Assembly (NCBI GenBank): GCA_963786935.1
Contig: CAWBAN010000001.1
Location: forward strand, 1,472,001-1,536,000
DNA: 64,000 nt
DNA from: an uncultured bacterium
GTDB taxonomy: Bacteria; Krumholzibacteriota; Krumholzibacteriia; Krumholzibacteriales; Krumholzibacteriaceae
Direction: 5' to 3'
In this document: positions 58,726 through 64,000 of the stretch, piece by piece
How the letters are laid out: the number at the start of each line of letters is the position of its first letter
How positions within the stretch are numbered: position 1 is the stretch's first letter
Notes under the pieces: generated by a model
The model's input: the letters and a program-made list of their open reading frames with translations, nothing else
Told to the model about the DNA's origin: nothing
Databases searched by the model: none
Program-made: the position numbers and the translations under genes

Positions 58726-59502
58726 ATGGCGGAAACGATCGGCTATACGGAAAACGAACTCCTCATCTCGGTCGCCTCGAAGCTTCTCGAGGACAACACC
58801 TCCGCGCTCGTGGGCACGGGGCTCCCGATGCTCGCCGGCATGCTCGCGCAGAAGACGCACGCCCCGGGCCTCCTCATCATCTTCGAGGCCGGGGGCATCG
58901 GGCCGAAGATCCCGACGCTGCCGATCTCGGTCGGCGACTCGCGCACCTTCCACCGCGCGGTCGCGGCCTCGAGCATGCACGACGTCATGTCGTTCGCGCA
59001 GGCCGGATACGTCGACTTCGGATTTCTCGGCGCGGCGCAGCTCGACAAGCACGGGAACATCAACACCACGGTCATCGGCGATCACGACCATCCGAAGGCG
59101 CGCCTGCCGGGGAGCGGCGGCGCGAACGACGTCGGCTCATTCACGCGGCGCACGATCATCATCATCCGCCAGGACAAGCGGCGGCTCGTCGAGAAGTGCG
59201 ATTTCGTGACGACCCCGGGCTATCTCGACGGCGAGGGGGCGCGCGAGCGCGCGGGGCTCCCGAAGAACACCGGGCCGTACCGCGTCATCACGCAGCTCGG
59301 CGTCTTCGACTTCGGCGGGAAGAACAAAACGATGCGCCTCATCGCGCTCCATCCCGGCGTAACGGTCGCCGACGTCGAGGCTGCGACCTCATTCGAGATC
59401 GAGGTCGCCCCGAAGCTCGACACGACCGTGCCCCCCACGGCAAAAGAAATCGAAATTCTCCACAAGGAGATCGATCCCGCGGGAATCGTACTCAAGAAGT
59501 AA
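58726..59502 (+). CDS. Family I CoA-transferase subunit B (GctB-like)
   Basis: VGTGLP, catalytic FEAGG, FLGAAQLDKHGNINTT, LPGSGG, DFVTTPG, LHPGV. Confidence 0.88.
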   Translation: MAETIGYTENELLISVASKLLEDNTSALVGTGLPMLAGMLAQKTHAPGLLIIFEAGGIGPKIPTLPISVGDSRTFHRAVAASSMHDVMSFAQAGYVDFGFLGAAQLDKHGNINTTVIGDHDHPKARLPGSGGANDVGSFTRRTIIIIRQDKRRLVEKCDFVTTPGYLDGEGARERAGLPKNTGPYRVITQLGVFDFGGKNKTMRLIALHPGVTVADVEAATSFEIEVAPKLDTTVPPTAKEIEILHKEIDPAGIVLKK

Positions 59503-59603
59503 AATAAATATTACACATGCGTAATAAATAGTTTACACTTTAATTCATTGCAATATAAATAGATATACAATTGTATCACGCATAGTGTAAAATAATATTT
59601 ACA
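59498..59603. promoter_or_regulatory. Three TGTAAA-N6-TTTACA-like boxes (putative enhancer-binding-protein sites) in an AT-rich block
   Basis: Perfect box at 59586-59603; degenerate boxes at 59498-59515 and 59520-59537; offsets 22 and 66 nt. Confidence 0.6.
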
Positions 59604-59720
59604 TATAGTTGACGGCGACCCCACGATCCGCATCGACGCTCCCGCCCAAGAGACACCGCAACTGATTTCATGACAATATATTACGAGCTTCGAGAAACAA
59701 CAGGGAACAATCGGGAAGTT

Positions 59721-59736
59721 TGGCACGCGCCTTGAT
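59721..59736 (+). promoter_or_regulatory. Sigma54-type promoter TGGCAC-N5-TTGA
   Basis: TGGCACGCGCCTTGAT: consensus -24 box, one mismatch at -12; ends 58 nt before ATG 59795. Confidence 0.65.
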
Positions 59737-59794
59737 ATTACAAGGAACTGGAAGCAGTCAACGGCAGCGGTGAGAAACAAAAAGGAGGTTCGAG

Positions 59795-59896
59795 ATGTTC
59801 CACGTAACACACATCAGCTTCATCGTCACGATGCTCCTTCTCGGCAAGAGCGTGTGGGGCAAGTCGGTATGGGGAAAGAGCGTTTGGGGTTGGTAA
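59795..59896 (+). CDS. 33-aa peptide MFHVTHISFIVTMLLLGKSVWGKSVWGKSVWGW, absent from the ORF track
   Basis: AAGGAGG RBS; three GKSVW repeats use different synonymous codons; own promoter and terminators. Confidence 0.8.
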   Translation: MFHVTHISFIVTMLLLGKSVWGKSVWGKSVWGW

Positions 59897-59938
59897 GCCG
59901 TTAAGAGATCCGCGAACGATCATCAGAGCTGGAGCATT

Positions 59939-59969
59939 AAAAGCGGAGCGCAGGGACCTCCGCTTTTTT
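59939..59969 (+). terminator. Intrinsic terminator 1
   Basis: AAAAGCGGAG-N9-CTCCGCTTTTTT. Confidence 0.75.
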
Positions 59970-60000
59970 CTTTCCCATCGAACCCCCGAGACCGCTTCCG

Positions 60001-60027
60001 GGGCTCTCCGCGAGGAGAGCCCTTTTT
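60001..60027 (+). terminator. Intrinsic terminator 2
   Basis: GGGCTCTCC-GCGA (GNRA loop)-GGAGAGCCC-TTTTT. Confidence 0.8.
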
Positions 60028-60068
60028 GTTTGCCCGTGTCCGCGGCGATGGGATATAGTGTCCACCGT

Positions 60069-60977
60069 ATGGTCAAGCCGTCCATCATCATACGCGAGCT
60101 CCGGGCCGAGTTTCTCCCCGCGAGCGCCATGGCCGTCTTCCTCGGGACGGCCGCCGCGCACGCGCGAACCGACGCCTTCGATCCGCTCCTCTTCGCGCTG
60201 GCGCTCGCCGGCGTCGTCTTCATCCATCTCGGCACGAACGTCTCGAACGACTACTTCGACCATCGCTCGGGGAACGACGCCTTCAACAGGGATTTCATCC
60301 GCCCCTTCACCGGCGGAAGCCGCCTCATTCAAGAGAATCTGATTTCCCCGCGGGCGGTGCTGATTCTTTCGATCGCGCTTCTCGCCGCCGCGCTCGCCGT
60401 CGGCGTCGTCCTCGCCGTTCTCAGGGGACCGTACATCGTTCTGCTCGGCGCCGTCGGCATCGCGAGCGGCCTCTTCTACGTGGCCCCGCCGGTCAACCTC
60501 GCGAGCCGCGGCTACGGCGAGGTCTTCATCGGGCTCAACTTCGGAGTCCTCGCGGTGGCGGGCTCGTACTTCGTGCAGGCGGGCGAAGTGACGGGAGAGA
60601 TCGTCGTCGCCTCCCTCCCGCTCGCGATTCTCATCGCGGCGGTCGTTTTCATCAACGAGTTTCAGGATATGAAGGCCGACGCGCAGGCCGGGAAGCGCAC
60701 GCTCGTCGTGCGGATAGGGCTCGAGCGCGCCTCGCGCGTATACGGCTGGCTCCTGTTATCGGCGTTCGTTCCGGTGATTATCGGTGCCGCGTCGGGGCTC
60801 ATGCCGCGGACGACCCTCATCTCCCTCGGCGCCCTTCCCTTCGCGCTCAAGGCGATCGCCGTCGCGCGGCGGAGCTACGGCTCCCCGAAAGAGCTGGCCC
60901 CCGCGAACGCGCTCACGATCGTGTGCCACGCGCTGACGGGGGCCCTCCTCACCATCGGCTATCTGATCAATCGCTGA
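60069..60977 (+). CDS. menA: UbiA family prenyltransferase, MenA-like (DHNA polyprenyltransferase)
   Basis: NDYFD..SG.D, GGSR, NEFQD...D...GKRTL; candidate promoter TTGCCC-N18-TATAGT at 60030-60059. Confidence 0.8.
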   Translation: MVKPSIIIRELRAEFLPASAMAVFLGTAAAHARTDAFDPLLFALALAGVVFIHLGTNVSNDYFDHRSGNDAFNRDFIRPFTGGSRLIQENLISPRAVLILSIALLAAALAVGVVLAVLRGPYIVLLGAVGIASGLFYVAPPVNLASRGYGEVFIGLNFGVLAVAGSYFVQAGEVTGEIVVASLPLAILIAAVVFINEFQDMKADAQAGKRTLVVRIGLERASRVYGWLLLSAFVPVIIGAASGLMPRTTLISLGALPFALKAIAVARRSYGSPKELAPANALTIVCHALTGALLTIGYLINR

Positions 60978-61641
60978 ATTCCATCGCCTTCCGCACGGCC
61001 CGGATACCCTCGACGATCTCCTGCTGATCGTCGACGACGTGTAGGAGCTCGAGCTCCTCGGGGGAGATTTTGTCCTCTTTCACCATGACGTTCTTCAGCC
61101 AGTCGACGAGCCCGCCCCAGTAGCTCTTCCCGAGGAGATACACGGGGAACGGCTTGATCTTGTGCGTCTGAATGAGGGTGAGCGCCTCGAAGAGCTCGTC
61201 CATCGTGCCGAATCCTCCGGGCAGGATGACGAACGCGACGGAGTACTTGACGAACATCACCTTGCGGACGAAGAAGTATCTGAAGCCGATGAGCTTGTCC
61301 ACGTAGGGATTCGGGCGCTGCTCGAACGGAAGCTCGATGTTGAGCCCGACCGAGAGCCCGCCCCCCTCCTGCGCGCCGCGGTTCGCGGCCTCCATCACGC
61401 CGGGTCCGCCGCCGGTGATGACGGCGCAGCCTTCCTTCGCGAGCTTCGCGGTGAGCGAGCGCGCCGCCGCGTACTCCGGATCATTCTCCCTCGCCCGCGC
61501 CGAGCCGAAGACGGTCACGGCGGGCCCGATGCTCGCGAGCGTGTCGAATCCCTCGACGAACTCGGCGAGAATCCTGAAGAGACGCCACGCTTCCTGCGAG
61601 CTGATCTCGTCTATGATATATTTCTTCTTTTCGGGGTCCAT
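60967..61641 (-). CDS. LOG family protein (TIGR00730-like)
   Basis: TVFGSAR, TGGGPGVMEAAN, FFVRK, PGGFGTMDE. Confidence 0.92.
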   Translation of the reverse strand: MDPEKKKYIIDEISSQEAWRLFRILAEFVEGFDTLASIGPAVTVFGSARARENDPEYAAARSLTAKLAKEGCAVITGGGPGVMEAANRGAQEGGGLSVGLNIELPFEQRPNPYVDKLIGFRYFFVRKVMFVKYSVAFVILPGGFGTMDELFEALTLIQTHKIKPFPVYLLGKSYWGGLVDWLKNVMVKEDKISPEELELLHVVDDQQEIVEGIRAVRKAMEFSD

Positions 61642-61755
61642 GAAAGCCTCCCGTCGGAATCGCGGAGCTCGGCGAGAGCGATCGCTTCTCGCTCCTTGCA
61701 TTTTTTTCAGGTTAGGATACAATCCGGCTGGGAATCAAGACAATTGAGGTGCGCG

Positions 61756-62172
61756 ATGCAAAAGACCATTTACGGCGACGGCGGCGGGCAGATCGAAACC
61801 TACCCGATCGAGGAATGCCGGCATTGCGACGAGCGCGGCTGGGTGCTTTTCCCGTGGGAGAAGCGGAACGCCGACATAGATCCGAAAACAATCCACATCG
61901 TTCAATCCCAGCCCGGCGCCACGCGGGGAAATCACTACCATCCCCGCGTCGCCGAGTGGCTCTGCCCCCTCGAAGGGGAAGGACTTCTCAGGTGGAAATC
62001 CCCCTCCGGCGAGCTGCAGGAGCTCCATCTCGAGGCGCAGACTCGGTGCGTGCGCATCCTCCCCGGGATCGCGCACGCCGTGATCAACGTGGGTCCGGGA
62101 GTGCTGGTCCTCATCGCGGCGCGCGAGCGCGATCCGGCCGGAGACCTCTCGGTGCCGGAGAAGATCGCCTGA
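61756..62172 (+). CDS. Cupin-domain protein (WxcM/sugar isomerase-like)
   Basis: DERG, PGATRGNHYH...EW, PGIAHAVIN. Confidence 0.75.
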   Translation: MQKTIYGDGGGQIETYPIEECRHCDERGWVLFPWEKRNADIDPKTIHIVQSQPGATRGNHYHPRVAEWLCPLEGEGLLRWKSPSGELQELHLEAQTRCVRILPGIAHAVINVGPGVLVLIAARERDPAGDLSVPEKIA

Positions 62173-62201
62173 CACATCGAAACGCCGAAGGACTCCGCGC
62201 G

Positions 62202-63161
62202 ATGAAAGCGCTTCATTTCGACGGAAAGAAGCTCGCTCTCCGAACCGTGCCCGCGCCCCGGCTCCGGCCGGGAGAGGCGCTCGTCAAGGTGCGCCTGGCG
62301 GGGATCTGCTCGACGGATCTCGAGATCGTCCGCGGCTACATGTCGTTCCGGGGAATCCCGGGGCACGAGTTCGTCGGCACCGTCGTGTCGGCGCCCTCGA
62401 AGGCGCTCGCCGGAAAGCGGGTCGTCGGCGAGATCAACGTGCCCTGCGGCACGTGCGAAACGTGCCGGGCGGGCCTCGGCAGGCACTGCGCCGCCCGCGG
62501 CGTCCTCGGCATCAGCGGACGGAACGGCGCCTTCGCCGAGTACCTCGCGCTCCCCGCGAAAAATCTCCACGTCGTTCCGGCGCGCCTGAGCGACGAGGAA
62601 GCCGTCTTCACCGAGCTCGTCGCCGCGGCCTGCGAGATCGTCGAGCAGGTCGAGGTCCGCCCGCGGGACCGAGTGCTCGTCCTCGGCGACGGGCGGCTCG
62701 CCGCGATGGCTGCGCAGGTGCTCGGCGCCCGGACGAAGCGCATCGCCGTCCTCGGCAGGAGCCCCCGCAAGCTCGCGGCCCTGCGGAAGCTCGGGCTCGA
62801 CGCGCGCGGGCCCGCCGCCGCGGCGGCGCTCGCCCGTTCGCAGGACGTCGTGGTCGAATGCACGGGAAGCCCCCGCGGGCTCCCCCTCGCCGCGCGGCTC
62901 GTGAAGCCCCGCGGCACGATCGTTCTCAAATCGACGTATCACGGCGCCCTCGCGTGGAATCCGGCGCCCCTCGTCGTGGACGAGATAACGGTCGTCGGCT
63001 CGCGCTGCGGGCCGTTCGAGCCGGCGCTCTCCCTCCTCGCCGCGGGCCGGGTGCGCGTGCTCCCCTTCCTGAGCGCGGTCTATCCGATCGAGCGATGGGA
63101 GACGGCGTTTCGCGCGGCGCGGCGGGCCGGCGCGTTCAAGGTTCTCCTGAGCATGGAGTGA
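62202..63161 (+). CDS. Zinc-dependent alcohol dehydrogenase (MDR family)
   Basis: GICSTD, GHEFVG, CGTCETC...C, GDGRL, GSRCGPF. Confidence 0.9.
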   Translation: MKALHFDGKKLALRTVPAPRLRPGEALVKVRLAGICSTDLEIVRGYMSFRGIPGHEFVGTVVSAPSKALAGKRVVGEINVPCGTCETCRAGLGRHCAARGVLGISGRNGAFAEYLALPAKNLHVVPARLSDEEAVFTELVAAACEIVEQVEVRPRDRVLVLGDGRLAAMAAQVLGARTKRIAVLGRSPRKLAALRKLGLDARGPAAAAALARSQDVVVECTGSPRGLPLAARLVKPRGTIVLKSTYHGALAWNPAPLVVDEITVVGSRCGPFEPALSLLAAGRVRVLPFLSAVYPIERWETAFRAARRAGAFKVLLSME

Positions 63162-63164
63162 GCG

Positions 63165-63905
63165 GTGTTTCTCCCGTTGAAGGACATCAATCCGACGAAC
63201 CGGCGCCCCGTCGCCACCTACGCGCTCATCGCGGCGAACGTCGCCGTCTTCATTTACCAGCTGTCGCTCGGCTCGCGCCTCGGCAACGCCTTCGTCGCCG
63301 CGTACGGCGCCACCCCCTTCGAGATCACGCATATGACCGATCTCGTCGGGGACGTGAAGGCGGGGCTCCCGCTCGTACATTTTCCCGGCCCGCACCCGAT
63401 CGTGCTCACCCTTCTCACGTCGATGTTCATGCACGGCGGGCTCGCGCACCTCGGCGGGAACATGCTCTTCCTCTGGATCTTCGGGAACAACGTCGAGGAT
63501 ATCCTCGGGCCGGCGCGGTTCGTCCTGTTCTATCTCGCGTGCGGGCTCGGCGCGCACGCGCTCCACATCGCTTCCGACCCGTCCTCGCTCGTTCCGACGG
63601 TGGGAGCGAGCGGCGCCATTTCGGGGGTGCTGGCGGGGTACCTCATCGCGTTTCCCCGCGCGCGCGTCCTCACGCTCGTCTTTCTCGGCTTCTTCATCAG
63701 GATGGCGGTGCTCCCCGCGTACGTCATCATTATCTACTGGTTCGTCATCCAGTTCGTCTTCGCCCTCGTCTCGCTCGGAGGAACGGGGACCGGCGGCGTG
63801 GCGTGGTTCGCCCACGTCGGGGGATTCCTCACCGGCATCGCGCTCATTCTCGCGATGGCGGGAAGCAAGCTCTCGTGGATCAGGAGAACCGGCCCGGTCG
63901 AATGA
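63165..63905 (+). CDS. Rhomboid family intramembrane serine protease
   Basis: HGG..HL.GNM, GASG, AHVGG. Confidence 0.93.
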   Translation: MFLPLKDINPTNRRPVATYALIAANVAVFIYQLSLGSRLGNAFVAAYGATPFEITHMTDLVGDVKAGLPLVHFPGPHPIVLTLLTSMFMHGGLAHLGGNMLFLWIFGNNVEDILGPARFVLFYLACGLGAHALHIASDPSSLVPTVGASGAISGVLAGYLIAFPRARVLTLVFLGFFIRMAVLPAYVIIIYWFVIQFVFALVSLGGTGTGGVAWFAHVGGFLTGIALILAMAGSKLSWIRRTGPVE

Positions 63906-64000
63906 CCCCTCGCCCGCTCAGAGCGGCGCGGGCATGCCGTCGAGACCGATAGCGGCCGCGTCGAGGTGCGCGGTGTCGCCGAAGCTCCGCAGGCGCGGCT

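Overview
A 64-kb segment from a high-GC bacterium, probably anaerobic (hypEF, nfnAB, family I CoA-transferase). Core genes include hypF-hypE, nfnAB, efp, folE, glnA, an acyl-CoA dehydrogenase/CoA-transferase operon and a menA-like prenyltransferase. Accessory content includes two paralogous ECF sigma/anti-sigma pairs, an ArsR-Acr3 operon carrying a MacB-type ABC system, a run of small minus-strand genes with low-GC patches, an SOS mutagenesis cassette and a peptidase cluster. The strongest leads are: (1) an unannotated 33-aa peptide MFHVTHISFIVTMLLL(GKSVW)3GW at 59795-59896 with a sigma54-type promoter, phased upstream activator boxes and a double terminator; (2) archaeal-type gatE-gatD directly after glnA in a bacterial context; (3) a lexA / catalytically dead mini-S24 (UmuD'-like) / Y-family polymerase / dnaE2 cassette with a direct-repeat operator candidate; (4) a solitary integron-type GNAT cassette with an attC-like site; (5) the Cys-rich ars-linked ABC system. 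Three genes (acr3, dnaE2, one serine hydrolase) have apparent frameshifts that may be sequencing errors. I saw no rRNA, tRNA, CRISPR array, transposase or integrase. All family calls come from reading motifs by eye, with no database search.
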